A stretch of DNA of 64,000 nt from Ophelia neglecta (lineage: Eukaryota): NCBI GenBank assembly GCA_965285935.1, contig OZ260663.1, positions 90,210,001-90,274,000 on the forward strand. The letters are read 5' to 3'. A program made the translations under genes and the position numbers. A model generated the notes under the pieces. It was not told the origin of the DNA. It saw nothing but the letters and a program-made list of their open reading frames with translations, and searched no databases. Below, piece by piece: positions 37,711-51,788 of the stretch; position 1 is the stretch's first letter; each line of letters begins with the position of its first letter.

Positions 37711-40176
37711 TTGGGAAGGAATAAACATTCATTTAAACGTAATGTGGCCCAAACCTTCTTAAATGTTATTCTATGGAAAAACTGAACAATGACACATGTC
37801 GATATTTAAAGAAAAGAACACGCACTTTAACAAAGATATAAGTTTGTCATTTGCTCGGTAGTTGGCCAAACTCAGTATTAAGCTGTGATTAGATAACCTT
37901 CCGTATAATTGACTTGTTCATAAGAACGCGTATTGTAATATGCCGCCATCACCAACCTGTTTAAGAAAATGTTCTCTCCTAGCTGTGATGTAAACGTTGG
38001 CCCCCATTTCACAACACAGTAGCGCCATCTCTCGCCCAATACCAGACGAAGCCCCGGTCACTATTACATTTTTTCCACCAACATGTTTTTCTACAACGAA
38101 ACAAAATTAGGGCTTTGATCAGTTTATTGTATTAAGGAACTCTCTTTAACTAAAGGAACGCTTATCCCCCCCCTACCCCCCCCCCTCACCCCAACTTGTG
38201 TGTAACTATAGCACAAGCACCCGAGCCGCGAGGCTTGCCTATTTCACTAAAGCCTAACTAGTTATGTATTATATAATAATATGAGAAAGTCCGTCTTTCT
38301 AGTATAGAAATTCCATTTTGCTATATTTCTAAGGTATTCACTGCAAACCAACCTGGCATGAAGGTTTCTTTCGGATGTTGAATGCATTTCAATGATATCC
38401 AAGCTATAATTGTAACAGCTGCACTGACTAACAAGACCCTTTTAGCTGCCATTATGCATACATCTGAATGTGTAAGCTGAACACTATAGTCAAATCAAAC
38501 GTAAATTCCGATGTTGGCTTTAAAATGCCTATATATATTTTATCCCAACTATGCACTCCCAACACCCATTGCCGAAACACATGTCAACATGCTCACGAGA
38601 GTGGCTACTGTTGAAAGCGATCACAAACTACACTAGCCCAAGATCTTGTACTTTAGCCTTTAACCGTTCGTTTTATGAACTGCTGAATATAAAACGTACT
38701 GTTGCTTGCCACCTGCTTCCAACACATGCAATGTGCCAGTTTTATTAACAAAATTAATCTCTTTGGCACCAAAAAATACACCGGTATAGTAGACTGTCTT
38801 CATGGACGTCCACCACGAAGCGATTTATTTAATTATTACTCACTTTCTACGTGTTTGAAGTTTTTCGCCGTAGAGGATACATTGTCTATGTAGAAGGTTA
38901 GCAGAATAATAATGAATGATTTTCCGTCAATAATCGGTGGAAAAACATACCTTGTATTTTTTTCTTCATATTTATTAAGTCACAAAAAATTGACGATAAC
39001 ATATTGCACATCGTTGGCAACCATCGGAATCAAATGACACAATAACGAGGTTTATTATACATGTTACAGCAGTGCTGTGCTTTTAACGATATCTTCATCT
39101 CATTATACTAATCTATAATCTAGCAAATACCGATTTCTTCTCAGGTTTCCTATGTGTATGTGTCAGTATGTGTTAATATATATCAATTGTTATATCATAA
39201 ACATGCCCTTTAGTCCCTAAAATGCGAAAAGAAAAATTTTTGATGCTTCCTTCCCAGACATAACAATTTTTGGAAAGAATTCTCCAAGAGCAGTGATAAT
39301 TGGAGTGCGCTAAATTGTCATTTGGGAATAATGTGGATAAATTACATACGTATTTTTGAGCCCATAGACACTTCTTCACCCTTATTAATGATTTCTTAAT
39401 AATACCACATTGGCGGCTTGCTTCATATCTTCTTTATCAGCCCTAACATAACCAAATTTTCCACCTTGCCGGTCACTCTTTCACACTCTTCAGTTACATT
39501 AAAAAGAGCAACATGGGTACTGTCGGTTACGTTTTTGTCAGTTTGTGCAAATGTCGTTTAAGCCACCAAATAATAGTATTTGGAAAACATGTATCTGTGA
39601 AATAATCAGACACATAACGCATAGTTAATTTTTCAAGCCTTAAAATGACTCCAGGAAACACACGTTAGGTGTTTCGACTTGCTTAAGTGTGGTTAAACGG
39701 ATAACATCGAAAAAATTCGCAAACAACGCCAGCATTTAGTCAAGAATAAAACACAATATCAGGGTTGGGGCAAAGTCCAAGTACTGTACTTGGTACTTGG
39801 ACTTAAGTACAATTTTTGCAGTACTTGGACTTGTACTTGGCAGTTTGAAAACAGAAGTAATTGTACTTGTACTTGTACTTGAGCCTAGAATACTTGAAAT
39901 GTTCAAGTACATTTCAAGTACTTCAAGTATATACTGTACATGAGAATTAATATTGGATATCACTGACTTAATGATACCCCCCCCCCCCCATCCGCTGAGG
40001 TCTCTTCAGCAGGATGTTATGACAAGGTCTGTGTCACACAAACAGTCCAGTGTGTCTGGCCTGCACCTACATACATGTCAGGGTGTTTAATGCAATCATG
40101 CATACCAGAGATAAGGAAGGGCAAATTGAGACCATGGAATTGGAATTGTGAGATGTTTATTACACCTGGTGGCTCC

Positions 40177-40270
40177 TACCCTTCGCAGCAGAGTCTAATG
40201 CTTATCGCATAGCTTTTCCGCATCACTACAGGCGAAGAGAGCGGAGCTGTGTACTCTGCTACGAAGGGAA
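40177..40270. mobile_element. 94-bp MITE nested inside the hAT element
   Basis: 18-bp TIR with 2 mismatches (tacccttcgcagcagagt / actctgctacgaagggaa), flanked by the direct repeat GGTGGCTCC at 40168-40176 and 40271-40279. Confidence 0.8.
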
Positions 40271-40611
40271 GGTGGCTCCCAAAACCAACAAAGAAATGTG
40301 GGGGATATGATTTTAATGAATTCTAGTGAAGAGGTTTGATCAATTATTTACAATTCCCTCTTGGAAATCACCATTTCTAGAATGTCTATTTGAAGTGTTA
40401 ACTTAGAATCCCATCAAATTTGCCACATTGAAAATACATATTTTATGCAGTTAAACTAAATTAACAGTATAATTATTAATTAAATACACCAACCACCATG
40501 TTTATGTTTTCTGTGAACAAGTATTGTGATCACGTCCACGAAAGTCAAGTATTTATCCTAAGTGCTCATGGGAACTAGTTGAGTTTAGTGTATTTTATTT
40601 TAGAAGTATAG

Positions 40612-40660
40612 TAACACGACTGCGGGATATAACTAATAGTTATATCCCGTAGTCATGTTA
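40612..40660. repeat. Near-perfect 49-bp palindrome
   Basis: taacacgactgcgggatataacta-a-tagttatatcccgtagtcatgtta: 24-bp arms, 2 mismatches, 1-nt spacer. Confidence 0.9.
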
Positions 40661-42345
40661 TTCATGAATACATCACTTTTTGAAAATATTTAGATTATAT
40701 TCGAATACAGCACATCATTAGCTAGAATTAAAATCATCATACATATGGGTCAGTAGGATTGGCACCCTTCATAATTGCAACTATGACCTTCCTTAATGAA
40801 GACAATTGTCTGGTTATGTGTTACTAGCTTACAGCACTTATACATACCACTACTATACCAATATATATTCAGCGAGAAAAAAGTACTTGTACTTGGACTC
40901 AAGTACTGTCCATTGCACAAAATAGCTGTACTTGTACTTGGACTTGTACTTGCAGTTCTTACATGTACTTGTACTTGTACTCAAGTACTGTCACCTGTAC
41001 TTGGCCCCAACCCTGCACAATATCGGTCCGAAATCACATAGTAACCTTAATGACCTGTAATAAAAATGGTATACAGCTAGAAGTCAATACACTAGGGTCT
41101 GATTTACTAGACGATTCACGGTACTAATTAATGTTGGGCAATTTATAGGATCATATATGGAGAGATGTTGGTTCCAAAAACACAAAAGCAAGGCCAACAA
41201 GTAATGAAGATTGCAGGCAACAGATTCGAAACATTCACCAAGGCAAACCACATCACTGATACTATAAAATGTACAGGTTGATATTATGTACAGCAAATAT
41301 TTGGGCCTTAAAGTACATATTGCATTTATAATAAAACGAAAAATAACTGCCATATTTCGGGAAAGAGTGTGAATTATGATTTCCGGAGAATATGCCTATA
41401 GATCTCAGTCTATCGGCTCTAGATATAATTCTCAATGGCAGTCATTATTTGGTTACTTTGGTAATTTATACATGCTGTAGTTTTCTCGGCTGTTGCCCGA
41501 CATGATCAATATTCAAACGTCCGTTTGATGTTATTGACTATATCATGAATGAAACATACTTGTATTCCCTTACTATGAAAGCTAAAAATATAAAATAATA
41601 ATTAATTCAATTGATTAATTGAGTGTTTCGCGCCGTTTTCCTTTCCCTGTACTGAATGCACTGTCTGAACATCAATAGCATTTCATAGTATAACTGTTTC
41701 CTTCTAACAAATTTTGACCTATATAGTATAGCAAATCGGTAGATATCGTATTACATATGCTAAATGGTGGAAAGATAGTGACGCCATGCACACAATTAAT
41801 TGCGTGGAGCAGACAGCAGCATAGGCAAGGGAGACTAAACTAACCATACCTCATCAAGGCGAAGATCTGTGTGAAATTCAACTAACTCAGTTTCTGATAT
41901 CCCCTTTACTGGGCATGTGGCACGTGTCTTTTAACAAAACCAGTTGCCACTTTTTTAAGTGGCATAGTATTACAGGCCAAGTTAGGAACATATATTTACA
42001 AACTGGGAGGTAAATACGTGTAGGCTTGTCTGTACAGTGTACGCGTTAATTTCCACTTGCAAAAATTCCAACTCGTGCAGAGTTGAACTTGGTAGATTTC
42101 TGTTCTAGGTCATAAGATAAGCATGGATAACTTTTTTTGACGAACGTAAGAGTTCTAAAAGTAGTATGAACTGTTTCTTCTGTTATAAATTCACTATTTA
42201 CCGGCAGTTCGTATCATATATAGGTCATTTGTCTGTCTGATGTGGCGCTATATGTTGTGGAACAAGCATGCCAGTATAAACAGTCTAGAAGGACTTGCCT
42301 ATTTACACGCACGTGTGTTCAATCCGAAGAATGTTGAATGCTCAT

Positions 42346-44539
42346 TTACCCGAGTGGTTCGCCGCTCTTCAACGCTTGTACCACCTCAAAGTTGTCGTCG
42401 CCTATCTTTGTATAATTGCTATGTCTAACAGTGGTAAAATCTGTGCAGTACTTTTGAAACAAATGATTTAATATTTTTTCATAATACGGTGGCACGGGAG
42501 CGATGTTCGCCGTAGCTGCCACATCTAGAATATACAATCCAACACGTGGTGGAAATAGCAGGTGGTAGTTCCTTGTTTCCACGCCCTGGCTAAGAGAACG
42601 CTTGTAATCCTCTTCTACATCTCGTTCCATTTCGTCCCTAGAGGGAAGCACCATTTTGCCGGTTAAGGAGGCCAGAAAAAAGCGTGCTTGTAAATCTATT
42701 AAGGGAAGAAATGAACAGATGCTAATAAATCCCATTGTAGGATGGTCCGTGTGTATAACATGTTTATATAGGGAGCTTATCCTATTATCCTCAATCATCG
42801 GCCGGCATTCGGGTGTAAGAAAGGGGAAGGAAAAGAGGTATCCAGTGCAAACCAGCAGCGCGTCAACTTCAATTTCTTCTCCGTCTTCTAGTACAATACT
42901 ACTGGCCTTCACTTCGGTGATGCCAGAGCTATTAGTAAGGTTATCAGCGTCTAACTTCGGCCAAATTTTGGAGCGATGGTTATCGCGGCAGTGGTACACC
43001 TGTAATTATAATACTGCTTTCAATTTAATTCGTAACCGATGCCCCACCCCTGACCAACGTCAAGTAGCTTTGTACGAAATTCCTTAATGTATTATTTTTT
43101 GTAAACGGATGGAAAATTAACTTTTTCCCAGTAAATCACTAACTTAAGCATTATTTCCTTTGACACCGACTGTGTGATATTGGACATAGTAATTACATGT
43201 TTTGCATGGTGTATTAAGGTCTGAGCCATGTCCATCGCTGATGGTCCACCTCCAATTACTGCCACACGTTTGGCGGCGTACTGCTCTGGGTGACGGTAGG
43301 TCATGCTGTGTCTCACGTCCCCAGTAAACAGCTCTAGTCCCTTCAGCTCCGGCCACCTCGGAGTACCATATTTGCTGAAATTTAAATACCATATGACGTT
43401 TAAGAACTATTTGAACCTATTTATAAATGCAATATGTAAGTGAGACCAGATGTGACGTGAAACCATGATGCACATGGCCAATTCACATTTTCCACAAAGC
43501 CCACAAGCCGATTCGGGATGAAAATTGGCAGTGGGATGTTTACAGAAATTTTTGATGATTTATTCAAAATGTTCTTGCCTACCCGCTGCACACCATTATG
43601 ACATCAAAGTAGTATATTTTCAGTGCAGTTTTTGCGTCGGTGCCAGGAGCCATGGCCTCGACAGTGACTTTCCACTTCTTGCTGCCACGGTTCCCATCCA
43701 AAATAGGCTTTACTTCAACCACTTTGGACCCAAACTGTTAATAAATCGTCGTAAGAACATTCAATAGAATATACACCTCAACTAGCTAGTACAAAGCTGA
43801 TCAAAAGACGGAGACAAATTCTAACAATGGCAAATGGCATGGTGAGCAATGTTTCCTTAGACAATTTTGCCTACCAAGTTTTTGAACATATCTTGCAGGG
43901 ACCGGAAATAACAATGACGTAAGTTTTCCTAAAATCTTAGTGTTCGGGTGTGGGTAGGATGAAGGTAAAAAACATTTATAGAAGAGTATATGTTCCATCT
44001 TTCCTACTATAAGGTACAAAATTTTACCTGAATATATTTCTTCAACGACAGTTTCTGACAAAAGTCCTCGAAGTATTTTCTGACATGTGTGTTGTGTACA
44101 AAGGAAGGTAGATTGGCAGGATAGGGGAAGCCCGGATACTCCATAATAGCAGTCGGAAAGTTGGTCCTAGCAAACATACGTTGAACTATGCACATTAGAG
44201 GCAATATTTTTTTCAATGAAAAGAAGTTTTTCGTTGATTTATTCTTATATGAATGCTTGTTGCTTGGACAGATGCGTATATGACCCCTCTTTAAGCAGAT
44301 ATAGCGAACATCAATCATTAGGGATATGAAATATCTTACACAAGGTCTGGGTACATTGGTGAGTGCACCGGCCGTCCATGTTCATCGGTTCCGTCGTTTT
44401 CCTTATAAGCCCAGATGCCTCCAACCTCAGTCGTCTGTTCAAAGGCAATGACATCAAATTTACCGTGATTCTCCGTGAGATATCGTAGAGATGCTAGTCC
44501 AGCTGGCCCTGCTCCTATTACACAAACTCGCTTCAACAT
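42346..44539 (-). CDS. Flavin-containing monooxygenase (class B FMO), paralog A; exons 44539-44340, 44166-44028, 43734-43583, 43374-43197, 42999-42346
   Basis: FAD motif VCVIGAGPAGL, EVGGIW, MYPDLVTNFP, FMO fingerprint FTGDVRHSMTY, NADPH motif IGGGPSA, CTGY..FPFL, LYKH. All four introns are GT-AG with compatible phases (2,0,2,0). Confidence 0.92.
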
Positions 44540-46208
44540 GATTGGGGCTAATACCACTAAATTAATTCTTTAATGTTTGATTCCTCGCTTGAACGTAGCC
44601 AACACAATCCCTAACATTAGTTGACAGGTGACTTGTTAATAATCGACCGAGTCTACTACAGAGTGAGGCAGCCCAGAGCTGTGCGGCGTATTGACACTGT
44701 ATTCATTGCATGGCAACCACTGAGTGGCAGAAATCAATCGTCTGGTTATTAGACACTGGATTTTTTTTCCCCTTAATGACGTCTAGAACTCCGTGGCAAG
44801 CATCCATGTGAAAGTTTAAGCCTAATTTATGGAATGAATGCAACAATATTTGTCTTGGGTATCTACCGGTTTGTTGGGTATTTACACCCATTTTTTCTAA
44901 CCTCTGATACGCCGTTTTCAGTAGGTAAACCACCGGCACGCAACACAGCCGGGGGTAATCAAAGTCGCCTTGAGGTAAGGGGGGGGGGGGGTTTGAGCAG
45001 GACACGAGGGAGGGGCAGAGGTCGGGGAGGGGTTTCTCGTTTGACTAGGGCCTTTTTTAATTATTGCATGGGGTCGCAGCAAATAAAGTTATAATGTCTG
45101 ACCCTCTATAAGGTGAATAGATGTCTACCAAACAATATTGGTTGAATGGGGATATTTTGTTTGTTTTACCAGGGGCTTAATCTTGTTCAAAGAATCAAGA
45201 ATATAGTATTAAAAAACATGAGACATTTAGTAACTGGGTAAATTTAAGGCTGAGAAAACGCATTGGCACTATGTCAATTAATTAAGTGATAATGAAATAT
45301 TCGCCTCCTAGTTATGGGAGGAAAGGCCCCTGAAATAAAAATCAAATACGATAATGAGGAAAAATTATATCCTGGTAGAATTTGTTTAATTTTAAAAGAA
45401 GTGGTGGGATTGAGGATAGAGCTACACACAGTCTCCACCATTAAATTGTTGCAATTTGTTTTCGATTCCTTTCCCTTAAATGGATTCTCATTGGATTAAA
45501 TAATTCAGTTACTTGGACTATATATTTTAGTAGTACAATATAATTTTATAGTATGAAACAATATTATTATAGGCCTATTTTGACTTTCCGTTTAACATTG
45601 TCCGGTGATGCTAATGTTGTATCCTATTTTGCATACCAACTCATACATTTTCAAATACATTATTCGTTTGAGTTTGTGAATAAATTAGTTTGTGTTTGGC
45701 GGCGTGTAATCTTCCAGGTGCTACAAAAATCCACATGCTGGAATATCGATGACGTACCCAATTAATTGCTGAAGAACCAAAGACCTTTTATTGTACTATG
45801 CTCCTCGCATATCACCTTGAGAATTACGAATTAAATTCGCGGACAAAATTCATTTCTTGGTTTATAATCGTCATACATTCAAGCTATCCCATCTTTTGAC
45901 TTCTCTTTGTTTGGTCCTAATATTTTCGCTATCAATTCTGGTAACATATCCGTTATGTCAACCTTTTGCTACATTTTAAATGACATCTTTGAAAAGTCAA
46001 ATTATATATAGTTAAGCTAAACGATTGATGTTATATTAATGAGTACAAGCATTATAACACGGACATCCCGAACATTGTGTTTTGATCAATTGTTTGTAGG
46101 GATGGTCAAGTTCTTAGGAAGGCCTAGCATCCTTTAATACATCAAGTAACCAGCCGACCCACACTTGTCATTAATGTGCTTTGAGAGAGGGCCTTATCAA
46201 TGTTCCAG

Positions 46209-49200
46209 TTAACCAAGTGTTTGGTGGCTGTCCATCTCAGGAGAGGTCGTAAAAGTTTCATCGTCAATCTTTGTATAATGGGTGTTTTTTACGCTTGCAT
46301 AGTCTGTGCTGTATGCTTTAAGAATGTGGCGATACATTTTCTCCACGTATGATGGCACGGGGGTTATGTTCGCAAGAGTAGCTACGTCTTGAATATACCA
46401 CCCCATACGTGGTGGATATAGCATGTGGTAGCTATTTGTTGCTGTACCTGGGTCGTGCGAACGCTTGTCATCCTCTTCCGCATCTAGTTCCATTTCCTTT
46501 TTAGACGGGAGCACCATTTTTTCTCTTAAGGAGGCTAGGAAAAAGCGTACTTGTAAATCTGCCAAAGGAATTCCGTGTGTACTAAAAAAGCCCAGCGTTG
46601 GGTGTTCTACATGCATAACATGTTTATATAGGGAGCAGACCCGATTATGCTCAATCTTTGGACGGCATTCTGGTGTCAGAAACGGAAAGGCAAAAAGGAA
46701 GCCAGTGCAAATCAGTACCGCGTCAACTTCAATTTCTTCTCCATCTTCGAGTACAATTGTTCTGGCTTTGACCTCCTTGATACCAGAACATGTAGAAAGG
46801 TTATCAGCTACCAAAAGTGGCCAAAGACGTGTTCGATGCCTCTCTCGGCAGTGGTACACCTGAAAATTGAAAAAAAATGTGATCTTGGTACAGCCCCATA
46901 ACATGATTTCTGACAAAAATGCGTGCATACATGTATATTATGGCAACCTGCCAGTTATCACCAAAACGTTAGGGACAGTTCACAGTTTCCTATTTGTGCT
47001 TTCTTTTCTTGACCTATTGTCAAAAAGCACCTTTTAATGTTGGCAAAGGAGGTGGATAGTGCGGAAAGAGTAGAACTACAAAATGCCACTTAGTCAATCA
47101 TACATTTACAAAGGATATTTCATATATACATATACTAACACTTGTTATGTCAAAAATTGTTACATATGCAACAAAACTCTTCTTGTTTGACAATTTACGT
47201 CATTTATACTATTTATCTGCACACAACTGTTTACTTCACTAATGTTTCCTAAAATGCTCTGTTCACGTTTAATATTGTACGACATTTATACTATGTCTCA
47301 AATGGGCGGCCAGCAAAAATGGCAAACGCTAAAGCTTGCGTCCAAAATAAATGCATTTCAATCAATCAATATAATGGAACTTTATGAGTAATAGGATTGT
47401 CCTTCTGGCACGAATGAGAGGTATAGTTAGGACAAGGTTTTGGGTGTTCGTAGGATGAGACTCCATAATGACATAATGCCATATAAAGGGTTTCTGAGGC
47501 ATTGTATATCGATGATCACATTTAATTTAAAATGACGTCAGGCTTGCCTGCCGTAGATTCTATATATATAAATACCCGGCGTATTGTATTATTTTAATGA
47601 CATTAAGGTTGCAATAATAGTAAGGCACCGATGAGCAGACGATTGTCTTTGGTATTTTCACACACAGCTCTACTGTCATTCATGTAAACCAATGTGTTAT
47701 GCTTCAGTGAGTATATATGATATCCTGAAGTAGTGTGCAAAGAAGGTATATCTTCAGACTTATGCCAACAGTGGCCTAATAATCACGGAACTGGAATAAA
47801 CTGACTAAATTAAGATTGTGAACTTAACAGGCAGGTCAATCAACACAGGCATAAATGAGGATTGGACTATCATTTAGTGACCTAAGTGGACAGGTGACCA
47901 CAAACACAGGTTACACTGTAGTTAACAAAACTAATTCAAATTGTTAATTGTAGCTATAAACTGGCATCGTTTTTACGTCTAGTTAATTTTTTAAAGAGGC
48001 CGATTGCATGGAATACCGCATTTTGGGACAAAGGCCAAACGGTACTTAATTTTGTGCCAACTTTGCCTATGTTGCTAAGAGTTCCAGAATCCAAATCGTC
48101 TTAATTACGGGACTTAGTTCCAAAATGGCATAAAGGATAGGCTTTAAGTTCCAAAATGGTCTAAGTGTTAGAATGGCCTAACACAGATCTGAAGGTCCAA
48201 AGTTGCGCCAAACATCTAACCCAAAGTAATAATGAAAATTGAGCATTTTTGCTTTTGGCAATAACAGCTTTTTAACTATTGATATATGTGAATGCTATTA
48301 ATAGGACGAAAGAGCTTGACCAGGCGTTCATTTTGAAAACCATTTTGCATTAGTCTGAAGCATAAGTTGAAGATTTATTGGTTAATGGTGTTATGATTTA
48401 ATGCTGCTAATATTTAACTAGACCACTACATCTTTTCGCATAAATAATATATTAATAGCAGTTTTTATTCAGATCATTGAGACACTACTTGCATGTTTTG
48501 CATGAAAAGTCAAGGACGGAGCTATGTCCATCGCTGATGCTCCATTTCCGATGACAGCCACACGTTTACCGGTGTATTCCTCTGGGTGTCGGTACGTGCG
48601 GCTGTGTCTCACGCTTCCTGTGAACAGCTCCAATCCTTTCAGCGACGGCCATCTCGGAACAGAATATTTTCTGAAATGTTTACATTTAAAAGTTATTATT
48701 GGCCATGTAGATTAATAAAAAACAATTATTATTAAATTGTCATAAGGTCATTATATATATATATATAGATAGTAGAACCTGTCAATTAAGACCAGACAAG
48801 GGAACTGTTCTATGGCTTATATTTAAAATATATGAAGGATATTTAGTAATATAAAATTAGCTGATTTGCGGTTTATTTACGTCTTTAAAGTCTTTTTACT
48901 CAACACTTTTTGATTTAGAATTGCTGCCTTTATTTTCACTAAGTTTTGTAAATGTGGAATCATTGTTTATTGTTAAAGATGCCTGATTTGCTCTATCTGA
49001 TGTATGGTATCATAACTCAATTTCTCTGATTGCTACTTTTTGTCTTACGGAGTAGTATAAAATTATATCGTAAGCTTGATATCACTTGCAATAAGAAGTA
49101 GAAAATAGAATTATTATATCCTTTACTAGTTTCGACAGAACTCAGTCTTCTCAATAGGTGGCATACATAATGGTTAAATGTGAAAACTCTCACATGTATG

Positions 49201-51120
49201 TGCTAATGAGAGCACCTGTCATTTATATGGCTTAACATAGTTTACCGGGAATTGCAGTGGAATCCTTAATTTTTCCGTTTTGCAATATCTCTTCACATAT
49301 TGCAAAATGTACCGGTCATTTAAATGTGAAATTAAAGACATTCCCCTTTAAAAATAATTAAGGGACCTTTAAGAAATGCATTTTATAAAGAGTTTGAAAC
49401 TAGAACTTAACGCAATTAAATAATTATCAAAAAAAACCTCATACAGAGCTGATTATCAAACAATATACCATATTTACTTTGTAAATTGAAACATTTAAGA
49501 GCTAATTCGATTAACATTATTTGTTTTTATTGCATATTAGAACGCGTCTCAGGGCAAAACTGATAACCAAACACAATAATCAAGGATACCACTCTCATTC
49601 CCGCTAAATAATTGAACTATGATTACCCATTTTAATGAAATGCACACTCTAATGCCATCTAATTTATTGGAGACTATTCACAAACAAGCATTTTGTTTGC
49701 AACCTTTTGTTGAAAAGTTGAGATTTCGGGGTTTTTTCTCAAAAAGTTCTATCAAGGCTATGTTGTATGATTTGTTTTGGAAGAAACCTTGTTACTTAAC
49801 AAACTTTTTACATTAACAAATTAGTTCCATTGCCTATTATGTTATGGAAGTTGGTAAATACAGTTCTAAATGGATAGCGAACAATGTCAGTTACTTTGGA
49901 AAATCACTTAATATAGATACTTAATACGTACATTTTTTCAACACATTTTCCAATGTCACGTGCCCTAAATGTAGTAAACATGTTGGGCAATAAAGAGGCA
50001 CTAAATGTAATCACCGGGGATGTCTTGTTAGGAGACGTTTATAAAAAGTATATTGAAATGTGTATTAATCAAACTATTTACCTACCCGTTACACACCATT
50101 ACGGCATCAAAGTAATATGTTTTCAAATCGACTGCAATGTCATTACAAACAGCCATGGACTGGACTTTGACTTCCCAAGTGTGGCTGCCATGGTTACTCT
50201 CCTCAATAGGCTTGACCTCAACAACTCTAGACTCGAACTAGTGGATATATTATTGATTAAGTTTGTTAATTATTTTTTAAAACACATGTCTGAGAATACA
50301 AAAATTAAAGGCATGTCAAAATACAATGTCTAATGGCTAAATAACAAGAGAAAGTCATTTCTATATTTTGTCGTGCCAATGATAATTGGGAAATGACAAA
50401 AGGACTACTAATATCAATAATTCCTAGCTAAATCGTATTGTAGAGTATTGGGATTGGTGAAATTTACAGAATAAATAGATGTGGGTTTTATACTTGAAAG
50501 ATAAAAAATTACCTGGATATATTTTTTCAAAGATAGTTTTTGACAGAAATCCTCAAAGTATTTTCTGACGTGTGTGTTATGTACAAACGATGGTAATTGC
50601 TCTGGATAGGGGAAGCCCGGAAACTCCATCAGAAGGGTAGGGAAGTTGGTCCTGGCAAATAAACCGTAGATACTGCACACTTGAGACAACGACCTTTTCC
50701 ATATTTTTCTGGTGGTACTTTCAACCTATTTCCTTAATAGTTCAAATACTTAGGTCAGTATCTGTTATCGCAGGACAGAGATTCAATATGTTAACCAACC
50801 AAATTACACCCCACCCCAAGCAACTAAAACCTACCCCAAGCAACAAGTATATATGTAAATTATGAGGTCCAGCTTATGAGGCCCCACTTATAAATACGAC
50901 AGGACACTTAATGTTCTTACACAAGGTCTGGGTACATTGCCGAGTATACTGGTCGCCCATGTTCATCCGTCCCGTCGTTTTCATTGTAAACCCAAGTGCC
51001 TCCAACCTCAGCCGTCTGTTCAAAAGCGACGACATCAAATTCACCATGATTCTCAGTAAGACGTCGTAAAGATGCTAGTCCAGCAGGCCCAGCTCCTATC
51101 ACACACACACGCTTCACCAT
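46209..51120 (-). CDS. Flavin-containing monooxygenase, paralog B; exons 51120-50921, 50651-50513, 50237-50086, 48670-48493, 46859-46209
   Basis: Same motifs (GAGPAG, FTGSVRHSRTY, IGNGASA, CTGF..FPFL). Exon sizes 200/139/152/178 are identical to paralog A. Intron 4 donor is CAT|gcaagt. Confidence 0.9.
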
Positions 51121-51788
51121 ACCTGGAACTTTTGACACTGAATAATTATATATTGTGCGATTCCTGCTTAAATATTAGGCTAATACGCAATAAGGCCAAC
51201 CTACTGTCATTTTTCAACATGCAGAAGCCCGCTCTATGTATATAATGTATTGTGAAAATAATTTTGTGATTGTTAAAGTTCGCAGCGATATATAATTCAA
51301 TTCATGTTGGCGCGGATGTAACGACTTGCACTTGGTTATTATGAATGATGTGCAAATCCGAACTATTAATCGAGAGCACTTGCAATATAGTTTAATTTAA
51401 TGTCGCATCTTCTAGTCCTGAGGAGACATTAAATACGTGCATAAAACCCATGTATACATAAAAAAATGTAGCCCACTTATTCAAGCCCCGTCTCTGTCCA
51501 ACCTCCTATTACAAGATGATATGCTACTAGGGGCATATTAATTCTGGGCAAAATATGAAAGAAATAAAAAACAACCTGTCAACACGCAGTGTTACAAACC
51601 ATTATTCGGCTTATCACAGTGACACCCTGACCACACTGATCTGCAAACTTAAGATTGTTATTTAGAGGGGGCCTTGAAACGTTTCTTCGGATATGTCAGA
51701 TGTTTCATAAAATGGGTTGCATCGGAGCAATGTTTGCAGTAGATCATACTTATTTTATACTTATTTTATACTAGAGATGTACTCAATG

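Larger units (their letters stand above)
39760..41015. mobile_element. Complete non-autonomous hAT-type element
   Basis: TIR cagggttgggg...ccccaaccctg; exact 8-bp TSD CACAATAT at 39752-39759 and 41016-41023; subterminal arrays of gtactt/aagtac at both ends; no transposase ORF. Confidence 0.92.

Noticed and set aside
41605-42110. SINE-like segment (also 28990-29250)
   Set aside because: Tail-like ends are suggestive, but A/B boxes and TSDs could not be identified confidently.
42656-46901. Plus-strand ORFs of 84-143 aa overlapping FMO exons (likewise the minus-strand ORFs inside the GPCR and LINE)
   Set aside because: Antisense shadows of real coding exons.
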